A program made the position numbers and the translations under genes. Source: Podarcis pityusensis (lineage: Eukaryota). Taken from it: 64,000 bases of DNA. The notes under the pieces were generated by a model. It saw only the letters and a program-made list of their open reading frames with translations, was not told where the DNA came from and made no database searches. The DNA lies in NCBI GenBank assembly GCA_964106645.2, contig OZ067043.1; one strand, given 5' to 3'. Shown piece after piece: positions 36,581 through 49,955 of this stretch; within the stretch, counting starts at the first letter, position 1; every line of letters starts with the position of its first letter.

Positions 36581-39500
36581 GTTTAGATAGTAGTAGGCCT
36601 TTCTAAACCTTATAGCACTGGAAGGAATCATTGCTTTCTCAAGAATGACATCACAAGAACAATATAAGTTGCACTTCTTACATAGCTGTGTTAAGATATC
36701 ACTCAGAGACCTCTGTATGCATTTCCCATATCCCCTATCAGTCCCTTCTGCTTAATCACAGAATGCAAACTTGCAGCTCATGTTCCTTGACTGAATAGGA
36801 GCACAGCAGAAGAAGATACTTAAGGCAGGGGTGAGGAACCTTCAGTCCACAGGCCAATCTCAGTATTTTATGGGTATCACTGCACTCAAGAAAAACCCCA
36901 GTCACAGATGAGCTGCAAAAGCAGGTTTTTTAGTCACTAAAGATATGAAAGGTATGCATAGGCCTCCTATTTCATGTAGCAGTCTAGCGTAGGTGAGTGC
37001 CAATGTGAAAGCACTGGATCAAGCTTATAGTAAACAATACGAAAATTGTGTAGTTTTAATATCCTGTTGCTAATTGCTAATACGCTGTGCTAATGAAATT
37101 AGCGTAGCATATATGTAACAGTCGTGTAAGTTCTTTCTCTCTGGGTGGAAATACAAAAGTAGCTTATCAAGCTTTTTCACTCCTTTAGGAAACTTGTTTG
37201 AAGCAGAACATAGCAAAACAGTTATCTGGAGGGAATTGATTAGCAGTTTGTAGATTCTGAGACAAAAGGAAAATCTGGTACAAGTAATTGAGATTATTAA
37301 AATAACTTGATAAAGAGCAATAATCTGTGGCAGGCATCAGAGATATTATGTTGTTGGAGGTAAAGAAGTACAGTTGATGGAGTAAGAAACTTCCAGAGTG
37401 ATTTCTCCTTTCAGTTGAGACTTCTGTGCAGTTCATTTATTGATTAATATGCATTAAACCAAGAAACCCATCCCCTTATAACTGATTGTTAACATTCTGG
37501 GTCTCCTGATTCTGCTTTCTTATTTCACTGGTACACTGGAATTTTTGATATATCATGAGAGCATTAGAACATATATTTGTGGGTGTTAACAGCTGTAGTG
37601 CTTTGCGCCTCTCTCTGCAAACTGGTAATGGCAACAGTAGATGACATTGCTTGCTAAAGCTTATTGGATAGGTTTGCTTTTGTAGATGCACAAATGTTTC
37701 CCTGAAATAAGCAAGTTTGACAACATTTGAACATTTATCTCAGAGGTTGTATGCTGCCCTTTCAACATAAGCATAATCAGAATGAGAAAACAGTCAGAGG
37801 TGTCTTTTCCGAGTTTTTAAGATAAGCATGTTTGTTTGTTTATTAAATATATATCCTGTTCTTCCCCTAAAAGGAGCCTTCATGTATTCTGGATTGGAGA
37901 GGGTAGCACAGTGACTATTAGTGGCAAAAAAATATAGCTGTTTGGGGAAAGAAATTTCTCCCACCACCACTGTACCTGCTTCAGATGAAATACTATAAAA
38001 TAAATAAATATAACACTCACACTTGAAGCGAAGTAAAACATTACTGAAAAAAATAAGCAAGCAAGTTGCTCCACATTCTATTACCACACATTTATATAGG
38101 CACACACAGCCTCTACTTCCAGCCATGCAGCTTACACCTACTCTCCTAATGGGTTTCAGTCCAGAATTGGTTCTACTGCTTCTGGGAACAATGGCTGAGA
38201 GGGAGACAACAGAGAATCGGAGAGTGACCCCAACAAGATCTGAGCAACGAAAGAAGAGGTCATAAACTTGAATAAAGTTAAATTTTCACACTTTGTTCTG
38301 AATTTAATTTGATCCCCTCCCCCCCCAAAAAACCCTGGAATTCATTGGCAATGATTTTGGTGGTGGCAGAAAAAAAGATTGTGTGGATACAGGTGAAAGC
38401 TAGAGCATTTGTATAAAGCTGTTGACAATTTCCAGTTCCTAATACTTTCCACACTTAAATATACCTGAACAGAAGATAGCACATTCACTGGAGTTCTTAC
38501 CATACACAGAATTGAGATTAAATTAGTTTTAAAGTTAAAAAACCTATTTTGAAGCATATGATCCCTTTTTTGATTTTATTTGTTTAATGTTTCCTAAGAA
38601 GTCAATAGTGTGTTTTAGATTGTGGAGGAAAACTACCAGAACAAAACTTTTCCATTTGGTCAGAAACCTGGCTGCGATTTCTACTACGGGAAACATGGTG
38701 CAGATATATACATAGGTAAATGTAAAGTGAAAGTGCCCTATCCCCACCCCGCTGGCCAACTTTCTGTTTGGTGAGTATGGCAGAAGTGAAAAAAAATATT
38801 ACTAGAGGAAAACGAAAGAGTAAGAGAGAGAATATCTCAACCAGTATGTTTCAGTGTATGATGACAGTTGATATAGGATGGTGTGCATGTGAAGAAACTA
38901 ATTTTACTAGCAAATACAGCACACCCACTTCTAATTCTGCACCCTTCTCCCTTTTCAGCCTGCTTAGGATTTCTTCAGCAAAAAAAATGTTAGCCGAAGA
39001 GTTTTATGGAGGCACTAACTTTTTACTAACTCTTCCTCCCTCCTGACTTCGGAAGAGAAAATTATGGACATACCCTGTCTTCTAGACCTTTTCTATCCCT
39101 GTCCTTTTGGCAATCCATAGAATCAAAGGACTTTCTGCCACTTTTTTTTTTAAAGCAACCTCAAACCCAGCGAGGTTAAGTTTCAGTAAGATCACATGCC
39201 TATGTACTGATTAGGCATGTCTTCTTTCGTTTTTTAAGCAAATCCTAAGCCATGACCAAAAATGTCCGATGCATAGCCCACTAATAATGAAAGGAGAATG
39301 CATTTACCGGTATGTATTACTGAGTAAAACAATGAATGGAGATGGTAAGAGATAGAAAAGTAGAGCAGGTTTGATGTCCAGTTTTAACCACAAATAAGTT
39401 GAAAACACTTAACTGGAATTTTGCAAGTGTGTGATTTTAGGACTCTGACAGAGTATAGAAATCCATGGGTAAAAAACCTAGTGTTCATTAAAGATATAGG

Positions 39501-42500
39501 GTTATAGCCATTCATGAAACAGACTTCCATGTGTTCAACAGAACTTCCCCTTGCTTTCCTGCAGCCCCTTGTACACCCTCAAAATCTGATTCAATGGGTT
39601 AGGGGACCATGTGGAGCAGATTTAGGATGTGCATGTGGGGAGAGGAAGGAGAAGTCCCATTGTGTGAGCAAAAAAATTTCTTGAGCATTGTTAGACACAA
39701 CCCATAAGGATTAGGGCAGATTAAATGTGAAAAAGCAAGGAACATTGTCCAGCACAGTAGCCTTAAAGATATGGGGTGATACTCAACTATTTTTTTCATT
39801 CAGAGTTGACTCATTGAAACTAAACCATGACTAAATTAGGTGTATTAATGTCAAACTCTGCATAAACGAGAGTGAATGCCAGCCCCAGTGTGATGCAAAG
39901 TTCCAAAGAGTACTGAGACTCAGTTTTCAGAGGGCACATGTTTGACAGCCATGTGGAATTTGGACAGGTGAGCACTGCAGTTAATGTTAGGGCAGGGAAT
40001 TTGGGGAAGGCAAAACAAAATATCCATTGGGTGACATCTAACATCACTCACATGACAGCATGTCTGCTTCCCCATGGCTCTGCATTCCCATGTGTTCTGG
40101 AAGGTCTCTCAATCCTCAAATAAATATTGGGGGAGCGTGGTGCCAAGTGCGAGAGGCAGGAGAGCAAAAAAGTCCTGTTGCACAAGTGCTGAGAGATTGG
40201 CACCCATTGCTTGCTTTTAAATCTAACAACACCTTAAAGCATCTCATGTTTGTATTGTGCTTTGTTTGCTTCTGGAAATGATACGTGAATAAGCATTTTA
40301 AAAAACTAATAGATTGCAGCAGGAGTTTTCGCAAGTGAGAGTATTACTTCATCAGAGGCATGATGAAGAAACACTTGCTCCCAACAGCTTATAAAATATT
40401 GTGATGATGCAATATAAGAGCCTCTCTTTTGGTGTAGTAAGGCTGTTTATAATCTCTGCTACAGCAGACTAATATGGTTAGTCTCCTGGAACCTTCCTTT
40501 GAGACAAATACTTTATTTTGTTCAGGTTTAAACTTGGAAGATACTATATCCAATAAATTCATGTAGAACTGGCAGAACATTTCTGTTACATTTATTAATG
40601 CATGGATAGCCTACATGGTACTCATTTTGGACTGCAACAATTGGCTAAGGCTAATAGGTGTTTTAGCCCACAACATCTAGTGGTCACTGCATTTGCTAGC
40701 CCTGGATTATCCCATGTTTCAGAATTGTCTACTGAGCATTCATTCTGATTTGTTTGCAGGGAGCAGGGTCGACCCACCCATGAGATGAGGTGAAGCAGTT
40801 GCCTCAGGCAGCAGTTCTGACCTCCAAGGAGCGTGCCACTGCAGTGTGCCACCACCTATTCCTCTCCAGCCTCCTTTTACTCCCCCACTGCATTCAGCGT
40901 AGGGGGTGGCAGAGGAGGAGGAAGAGCCAGGTGGCATATTCAGTTTTGCCTCAAGGAGCAAAACATCCTGGGCCAGCCCAGGTAGGGAGGTTAGATACTG
41001 TTATGTCAAGCAAATCTTATCGCGCAATTCCCAGTGCATTTTCCCATCACTTTCCTTATTGCAAAAAGTTCAGTTTTGGGGGTGAGAAAGCAGGTTTGTT
41101 GTGCAAGAACAACATATCCACTTTAATTGTGCAACCTAAATTTCCTAGTCAGTATGTGATTGAAAATAGTGGCACTCTGGAAGAATCCGTGGTGGATATG
41201 GAAATGGGGCAGATTTCTGTGCAATTGTGTTTGTATGTCACAGAGTGTCTGATAACTCTCTTCATTCTCAGTGGGGTTCAGCTGGTTTTCCTTTTGAAAC
41301 CACTTCCTCTTGGTCCCTCCACATGCCTTGGGGTAGTCATTTATGTGGAATTTTGGGGCTAGTATCAAGTAGGGATTTCAGTGCTAATCTCTACCACTGA
41401 TTTCCAAGGTTGCAGGAGTATAAAAGACATAGAGTATATGCCACTCTTAGTAATTGTGTTTACCCTAGAAATGCTCAGCATTTTTCTTGCTATAACAAAT
41501 TTCCTGGTTTTTCCCCCACTTTTTTTGTATTTTGCATAAAATTGTCCATAGAGATAAGACTTCTCAATTGTAACTTCCCTGGGTAACTTCTTTATCCAAT
41601 TTCCTAGTTCTAAAGCAGAGCTACAAAGGATGTAGAAAGTTGGGGATACATGAGCTAGCTCTCTTAATAGACGCGCTAAAAGTGAAATTTACAGAAAGCT
41701 TGTAACGTGTAACATTGACATGCGAGTCAACATCCCTGTTGCCACATCAAAGGGCTTGTGATCAGTTTGCGGAGAGGCAGGGCTCAACAGCAGCTGTTTT
41801 ATTTGCAGAGAAATAGGCAGTGATTAGAGTGAACAGGAAATTTGGTGGTGAGAGGTGGGGAATTCTCAGGCCTCACCCTTCCCCTGGATCAAAGGCTATA
41901 TCAGTGGTTCTGTCTCACTGGCTTTTAAAGTCTAATTGGGAAAAACTAATCATGGCCTATGCAGGCCATATCACACTGGGTCGGAAACTGTATTGCTGTA
42001 GCGTACAAGGTAGGAGATGGCTGGCTTACAGTGATTCTGTTGTGTGTATTGTTACTTCACTCCCAAATCTAAAAATAACAGCTTCATATGTGGCGAATGG
42101 CCTTCAAAGGGAAGATCCACAGCTCAGTGGATAGAGCTTGTGTTTTTTCAAGGTGCCAGGTCTATTATCTTTATCTGACATCTCTTAAAAGCAGCTTTCT
42201 CTAACCTTGAGTCCCCATATGTTTAACTAAATGCCTGTCAAATCCAGTCAGCGTTGCCAAGGGGCAGAGACGATTGGAATGGTAGTCCCAACATCATCTA
42301 GGGACCCAAGGATTGCTTAAAGCTATCTTAAATGCTCATGGGTTGCAGAACTGGAAAACACCAAACATTTCTGCCTGAAACTGGACAGCTGCTGGCTTCA
42401 TAGGCAATATTAGCCGAGATGGACCATTTTCTGATTCAAGACTGACTAAACTTGGTGATTCTAGTCCAGAGTCTGCTTCAGTCATATTTGATAACCAAAT

Positions 42501-43261
42501 ATTTTTATCATTGTCATTTGTCTCATGATGGAAGGTTCTTAAAGATAACCAGCTTTCAGTAATTCTAATTTGAAGTGGTATCAGCCTCCCTGCTTCACCT
42601 GAGCGACTATGGCTGCAATCCTAAACACATTTACCAGGGGATAAGCACCATTGAACATGTTGGAAGTTGCTTCTGAATAAACTTGAGCAGGCTTTTGCCA
42701 TATTCTGCATTACATTTTTTGTGCTTTGGCCTGAAAATGGGAGACACAGTTGAGGCTTGAGGGGAATCCTGAGCAAAGGTTGCTACAAGGTAGATAAAGA
42801 GTCCTTTTTGCTTCTTACCTGATATAAGTATTTTGAGATCTAGGGCTGAAAAATAACTCTGCCTTAAACTAAGGAACAAAATATGCAGTGACCTTGGTTG
42901 TTAATACTACTTGTGTCCGGAGGTGGTTGTATGTTACACCAGCAACATATTTAGGGCGCTGCAGGTGACTCCTCTACACAGGGCACTGAGGCGAGGCGGC
43001 ACTTGAGTTCCCACTATGTGTAGTGCACTTGAGAACATGCACAGAATGGAAGGAAAGAGTGGGGAAGGCACCAAATAAATATTCAGCCAAAGTCCGCCCC
43101 TGGTTACACACAGCTGGCTATAATATCAAAAGTATGGTATAAGAGAAATGCCATGAATGTGCTATACTTGCCCCATTGTATAATGTAATGAATTTCAGCT
43201 TGCTTTCTTTTCTTTAAAAAAGAACTCAAACTGCATTAGTCATACACATTTCTGTCTTTAG

Positions 43262-43383
43262 TGCTTCAGAACCACGCCCGGCAGGCCTTGAAGAGTCAGA
43301 TCAGCCACCATTACCAGGAGAGCAAGGTATAAATTTGGATAACACTGGACATAAGCTTTCGGACTTCACAAACAGGCCACCAG
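43262..43383 (+). CDS. NCOA6: NCOA6 coding exon 8
   Basis: 122 nt; ASEPRPAGLEESDQPPLPGEQGINLDNTGHKLSDFTNRPP; donor G|GTGATG. Confidence 0.94.
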
Positions 43384-43731
43384 GTGATGAACATGTTTTC
43401 ATTATTTTTAATGTACTCTTTATATACAATATTATCATTTACTGTGCTTCACTCATTGCTTATTATGACTGAACCTAAATTTGGTATTCCTACTACTTGT
43501 AGGTACACTGACAGGGACTGCATCACGTGTTAGTTAATTGGGTCCATGTAGCATACCTTCACCCACTTCAAACTTATTTTATTGTTTTTTTCAACAAAAC
43601 AAACATTACATTGTTATCCAGTATCACAACTTGCATTCCATATTTGCCATAACTAGACAATACAAAAGAGGCCAGTTTTAGCGACATCTTGCAGATTTTT
43701 GATAAAAGAATGTTTCTATTTATCTCTATAG

Positions 43732-43799
43732 GCTACCCAGCCCAGCCAATGGAACAAAGAGCTCTTCAGCAAATACCTCCTCAGCTTTTGCAGCATGGA

Positions 43800-43830
<31 letters not shown>

Positions 43831-46704
43831 CACCCACACCTCAACAGACACAGTCTCAGCAGCAACAGATGATGATGATGCTCATGATGCAGCAAGACCC
43901 TAAATCTGTCAGGCTTCCTGTTTCCCAAGGTGTCCATCAACCTAGAGGCCCTCTGAATGTAGACTCACAAAGAATGTCGATGCAGCAGGGGGGCAACATG
44001 TCGGTGATGGTTAATCTTCAAGGTCCTGGTTCAGTGCCTCAATCTCCTGACAAGCAAAGGATCCCAATGCCAAACAACCAGCCTCTTGTGAACAGTGCAC
44101 GAAAGATGGTTTACCCAGATAATGCACAGAATCCAACCAGCTCTCCACTGGGAGAAGTTTCATCAGTGCCCTCTGTTTCAGAAGGAAATGGGCCTGAAGT
44201 CCCTTTAGCATCTGGGCCTCAAAATAATATAGCACCCCACTTAGTAGTTTCACAAAACCAGTTAATGATGGCAGGGCCAAAACCTGGACCTTCTCCAATG
44301 TCAGCTCCTCAAGGTACAAGCCCTCAGCAGCAGTCTAATTCTCTTACTGGCCCTCACCCGCATCATTTTCAGAATGTTCCTACCACATCACAAACATCGA
44401 GACCCAAAACTCCAAACAGGGCAAGTCCGAGACCATACTATCCACAGACTCCCAATAACCGTCCACCAAGCACAGAGCCATCAGAAATAAGTTTGTCTCC
44501 AGAGAGGCTCAATGCTTCTATTGCAGGCCTCTTTCCTCCTCAGATTAATATTCCTTTGCCTCCCAGGCCCCATCTTAATAGAGGATTTGATCAGCAGGGT
44601 CTTAATCCAACCACTTTGAAGGCTATTGGGCAAGCACCCTCAAATCTTGCAATGAATAGCCAATCAAGTTTTGTTTCACCACAAGCACATAAGTTGGACT
44701 CCATGGCTATTAATTCAGGAAAGCAAACCAATGCTTGTGGGGCAAAGCGAGCCAGTCCAAGTAACAGCAGAAGGTCCAGTCCTGGATCCAGTAGGAAAAC
44801 AACACCAAGCCCTGGGAGGCAGAACTCAAAAGCAACCAAGTTAGGTTTGACATCTCAGCAGAATCCAGGGCTCATGCAAAACATAGATTTACAAAGAAGT
44901 ATGATGGTCGGTCCAGCCTCTTTGCAAATGCCTACGCCTGGAAGTTTTCAGAATAATGGTATGATAGCTGCCCAGAATCCTGCAATCCCTGTATCAGTCA
45001 TGAGTGGTATTCCTGAGGATAATAAAGATGGCTTTAGCGCCCCCCAAGAGAGTGTGTGCCAGAATATGCAGGTTGCCCCAGTGAACAAAGATCAGCGCAA
45101 CATTGAGCTGAAAGGCGTTCCCAGCCAAGAAATTAAAATACTGGTCCATGAAGAGCAACAGAAGAGGGAGGTCCCTCCTATAGAATCCAACAAGCTTCCC
45201 AGTCTGGAAGAAAACAAGAATCTTATCTCTCCAGCTATGCGGGAGGCACCAACATCCTTAAGTCAACTTCTTGACAATTCTGGGGCTCCTAATGTTACCA
45301 TTAAACCTCCTGGTCTCCCTAGCCTTGAAGTGCCTCCACCAGTGACTTATGCAGATGAATTCAAAAAGATTGCTGCCATTCCTCCTCCCCAACAGGAGCC
45401 TCCTTCTAGTAAAGACTCTGTCTGTTCCCTAAGTTTACCTGCAAATTCTGAAGCCTGTTCAACTCAAGTGCAACAAGATCTGGGTGACATAAATTCAAGT
45501 GTTTCCCAGAATATTTCTCCAGTAATACAGAGGCCTGTTAGCTCTGCTTCTATTTCTACATCACTCCCACCCAATCAGATAACAGTATTTGTAACTTCCA
45601 ACCCTATTACATCATCATCTAACACGCCTGCATCATTGCCCTCTCATCTACAGTCTACATTAATGCCTGCTGTCGTCACCATGCCTAGTGTTGGCAATAA
45701 AGTTATTGCTTCTGAAGGACAAACAACAGTTCAGTCCAATGCTCGGCCTCAGTTCATTACGCCAGTTTTTATAAATTCATCCTCAATAATTCAGGTTATG
45801 AAAGGATCCCAGCCAAGTACAATTCCTGCAACCCCAATGACTTCTAATTCTAATTTAATACCACAGTCTGTTGCAGTTGTTGGCCCTTTGCATTTGTCCC
45901 AGAATATAAAATTCTCATCAGGGCCTGCTCCTCCTTGCTCGTCTTCTAATACTCCTATCTCAAGTATACCAACAAGTCGGCCAGTGGTTATTAATTCATT
46001 GCCATCTCCTATTCAGCTTCCTTCTCCCTCATTAATGGCTCCTTCAAGCACTTCTCCGCATCCTTCCATTCAGCAAGTCAAAGATTTCAACCCAGAGGAG
46101 TTAAGTTCTCAGACGTCAACATCTGATTCAAATGCTGAAGCAACCTCACAGCCTGGAGCTGTGGTCTCTCCATCTGGTGATCAGAGCCCTGGATCTTCCG
46201 TCAACAGACGAAGTCCAGTTTCATCTACAAAGGGAAAAGGGAAGGTGGACAGAATTGGTCAGTTTTTGCTGACCAAAGCATGCAAGAAAGTCACAGACTC
46301 AGTTGACAAAGGGGATGATCAATACGGTGTGGAAGGAGAAGTGGAAGGTCAAGGACAAGACATTTCAATCATCAACAGTCTGGAAATGGAACAGTTACCA
46401 GTAGAACTAGAAGACAATATGGTGGCCTCTCCGGGTCCCACTCTTTTGAAACAAAGCACTTCCGGAACTGGCCATTTAAGTGCTAGTACTACTGCCACTG
46501 TTTCTGCCTCTGTATCTCTAAGCTTACCAGGTAGCACTCCTTCCACTAACGTTCTTTCAGTTGTAACCACTCCAGTGATCTCTGACATCCTAACCACAAT
46601 TCCAAGCACTAATGGTAACACCTGCAGTTTACCTGCGGAGCAGGTTGGGATTGGACCAGAAGATGAAAAAACAGAAGACCATCATGAATCGCCACAGAAT
46701 AAGG
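43732..46704 (+). CDS. NCOA6: NCOA6 large coding exon 9 (2973 nt), with Q10 tract and LxxLL-2 (LSQLL, 45258-45272)
   Basis: Within the 1009-aa ORF; MMMMLMMQQDPKSVRLP, EAPTSLSQLLDNSGAPNVTIKPPG; atag|GC and G|GTATGT. Confidence 0.97.
43800..43829 (+). repeat. NCOA6: Coding CAA(CAG)9 polyglutamine repeat
   Basis: Direct inspection. Confidence 0.95.
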
Positions 46705-47686
46705 GTATGTACTCATAAACATATTGGGCTGTTATTCCATTCACTGCCGCCAAGAATCCAATTCTGCAAATATGAATTAAGGATGGGTCATGGTGACAAG
46801 GAGGGAGTTGTGTGTGGGCATGTGTGTGTGTGTGTGTTGAGGCCTAGAACAGTAGAACTGGAACAACTAGAAGAAGGAATCTCTTACAATAAGCTTTGTT
46901 TCTAAAGTTAATGTAACAATACAATATTTAAACCTTGCTTTAAAAAGCATTTTAGTAAAAGTATTGCAAATCCCTCTGATCAAAGATTGAGCGTTAGTAA
47001 TGATAGCAGTGCAATAACATTTGAATAACGTATTGAACAACACTATTCAAATGATGAATTCTGTTCTAGAGTGTAATCTGAGAGCCTTCCAAATTTATTG
47101 CTTCTGCAGCATAGTGGAAAGATCTTTATATAATGCCTCTGACTCCTCTGGTTTCTCACTTGTCTCAGGTTCATTTGTCCTCTGTAACAAGTAAAATAAT
47201 GTGATGTGTATTTGAAAATACATACCTCTGATGAACAAAGTAACATATGAAGAAAGCTAATCCAAATGTTCCATAGATACTGGGGATATTGGAAATGTCT
47301 GCTTTTATACTAAATTTTGTAAATAAACCGAACAATATAATAATGGATCAAAGTGAAATCAGTGCATAGAATTGGCATTCCATAGCATCCATGTTTATAC
47401 AATAGTTTTTCCCCCATTGCTTAAACAAGATACTAAGAAGGCCTTAAATGCTTTGACGGGGGGGATTTTGTTTTATTGTTTTCAGATACTTTTGTCTCCT
47501 TGACTTATTGGGCTATCAATGATATACCTTTAGTTTTCTGCTTAGCATAGGGTTTTCCACTTTGGGGACATTCATATCTTGCAGTGTGATACAGAACAGT
47601 CTGTATTTTCCAGATATTTGTATTCCTTGTTTGTATTTCTTAAGACTGAAAAGTGCATTGGTAGCTTCTTATCTATCTTGTTTCAG

Positions 47687-47740
47687 CCTCTTTATCCCAG
47701 ACTCCAATTGCAACACCAGAAAGTAGTGTTCAAAGAACAG
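47687..47740 (+). CDS. NCOA6: NCOA6 coding exon 10 (54 nt)
   Basis: tttcag|CC TCT TTA...ACA G|gtatgt; ASLSQTPIATPESSVQRT; frame-preserving but divergent from mammals. Confidence 0.75.
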
Positions 47741-48908
47741 GTATGTTTTCCCTTAGACTAAATAGCATATATGTTTATAGGGAAATATATGTGCGCATAA
47801 AACTCTTCCCTGTATTTTATGTTACCTGCAAGATGGAGTTTTAATTTATATTGAAAGAAATACTGTATGTAGTCACAGTATTACACTGAAGAGTTCAAAA
47901 ATAATGTATCACATGGATACTGTTTTGACACTGGTCAGAGCAAAGGGAGTGTACTGCAATAGTTTGCAGCTGTATTAGTTTTGGATTGTTTATGCACAAA
48001 TTATTTTAAAATGAGCAATAAATTTAGGAGTTATGGGGATGAGATTAGAAGCAGTTTATCACAAGGTAAAGAAAAACCTGAATTAAGTTGGTTATGTCTG
48101 CTGTTTGGGGTGAGGAGCGATAGGCATTCTGTTTTTCAGAGGATGATCTGGGGAACACTATCTGATCTCATCTCAAGTGATCAAGCTCCATAATAAAACT
48201 GGCAGCATCTAGCAATATGGACATTGCAGTTATACTCCAAATTCAAAGCTAAATGTAACAGTGATAAAACATTACAAGTTGAAAGCATGCTTTCTTTTCT
48301 TTAAAAGTAGGTAAATGTATTCTAGTGAACCGTCAGCTTAACACACATTTAACTAGTGCACATTCAGCTTTAAGTGTGGGGCAAAAATAAAAAATAAAAA
48401 CATCAGGAAGGGGGTGGGGTTTCAGGAAAAATGACTTTGGCAGTCCCAACTCCCCTTGAACCCAATGGGTTTTGACTATACTATACATTATTTTGGCTTT
48501 AGGTATGATCCCTGGAACGTAACCCCTGCATAAGTTGCAGGCTTACTGTACTACACTTTGATTAAAAGTTGACAGGGTTGACTTCATCTGATCTCTGCTT
48601 AGTTTATAGCACTTACTTAGACAGGGAATGGGAGTTGGTAGGGGCAGAAGTGTTGTAAAGATGATCTGGTGAATTGTGCATATCAGGCCCATTAAAGTCT
48701 GAAGTGACCTCCATTTCCTTAGATCAAGAATTATGTGATACATGATGAGGCTACTAATATCTACTTAGATTTTTCATGATGAAATATTGCTAGTATTATA
48801 CCTATCACTTATTCTCAGAGTAGCAGTTAGATTTCTTAATGATACCCATTTTCTTTTCTTTTCTATATGCTTCAGCAGTAGAGTAACCCCTCCATTTATC
48901 TGTTTCAG

Positions 48909-48948
48909 AACTGGAAGCAAATTCTGCAATTATTTCTGGCCTGGTTAC
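48909..48948 (+). CDS. NCOA6: NCOA6 coding exon 11 (40 nt)
   Basis: tttcag|AA CTG GAA GCA AAT...AC|gtaagt; ELEANSAIISGLV resembles recalled human ELEVNAAIVSG; supplies the required phase 1 to phase 2 change. Confidence 0.88.
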
Positions 48949-49806
48949 GTAAGTAATTCACTATGGAATGATAGTAAAGGAGAAGTAATTTCTGTTCTTG
49001 GTTTATGTAGAAATGTGTATTACATAACTTTAAAGTGTTCTGTAATTTCTTTCTCCTTGGCCTTGTAGAAATCTGTCTAACACAGAGGAAAAGTGCAAAC
49101 TGGTGGCTGATTCCTGCAAAGACTTGCATGTGAACCTAATTTAGCATCCTGCATTTATTTCAATTAGTGACATAGGTTAGGGCTCCTATGAAAGCAATAA
49201 TGTTTCTTCCCAGGGTGTGCTAATTGTATCCAACGTTAGTCCTACGCAGAGCAGATCCATTCATGTTAATAAGCATGCCTTTCTTAGGTTCATTAATTTC
49301 AGTAGGTCTACGAGTAAAATTTAGCTAGATAGAACCCATTCTGTTAAATAGCCTAACACTCATAATTATACCTTTCAGTCAAATGTACTGAACTATACAG
49401 TCTTCCCCTAGACTGGAACAAACCATCTAGGACTAAGGGCTGAACGTTCCCCCTTTGGTTCTTTTCTCAAAAGACCAAAATACATCTTGCCTGGCTTTTC
49501 TGTGGCTTTTCTGTGGCAAGGGTATTTTGCTTCCAAATAATGATACTTGTCATCCCTTCATTTTAAAGAGGAATGTAATTTCTGGACACCAGTCCTAGCA
49601 CTGTGTTCCATATGTTCAAATGACCGGACCTATGTTTTTATTTATAAAAGTAGCTCTGTTCTTGGTTCCTTGTATTGTCACCTACTAATATTTCTCGAAG
49701 CATACAAAGCAAGAAACTTTAGTGCTGATGTTGCAAGGCTATCTTCCTGTTTTTCTTGTAGCATGAATTGTATGTAAATACGCAGCTCTTGTATCATTTT
49801 TATCAG

Positions 49807-49955
49807 AAATGAGCCGAAGGAGAGCTGCGAAAAGGCTAAAACTCCGAGCAGAAGAAATTCAAGGACGGAGGAATCTTCAGCAGTGCAGGAGACTGTAGAG
49901 AATGGGCAGCGCAAGAGATCCTCCAGACCAGCATCGGCATCCAGCACTGCAAAAG
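49807..49955 (+). CDS. NCOA6: NCOA6 coding exon 12
   Basis: 149 nt; NEPKESCEKAKTPSRRNSRTEE...ENGQRKRSSRPASASSTAK; donor G|GTAAGA. Confidence 0.95.

Noticed and set aside
40790-41362. 190-aa ORF in the NCOA6 intron
   Set aside because: GTG start, begins inside a repeat-like segment, no recognisable domain or clear splice context
34267-43261. Enrichment of ATCAAAG (TCF) motifs across the intron
   Set aside because: Three hits noticed in 9 kb of AT-rich DNA is close to chance; only individual contexts are reported
29663-46621. Antisense and alternate-frame ORFs over the large NCOA6 exons
   Set aside because: Shadow ORFs of Q/P/S-rich coding sequence with no independent support
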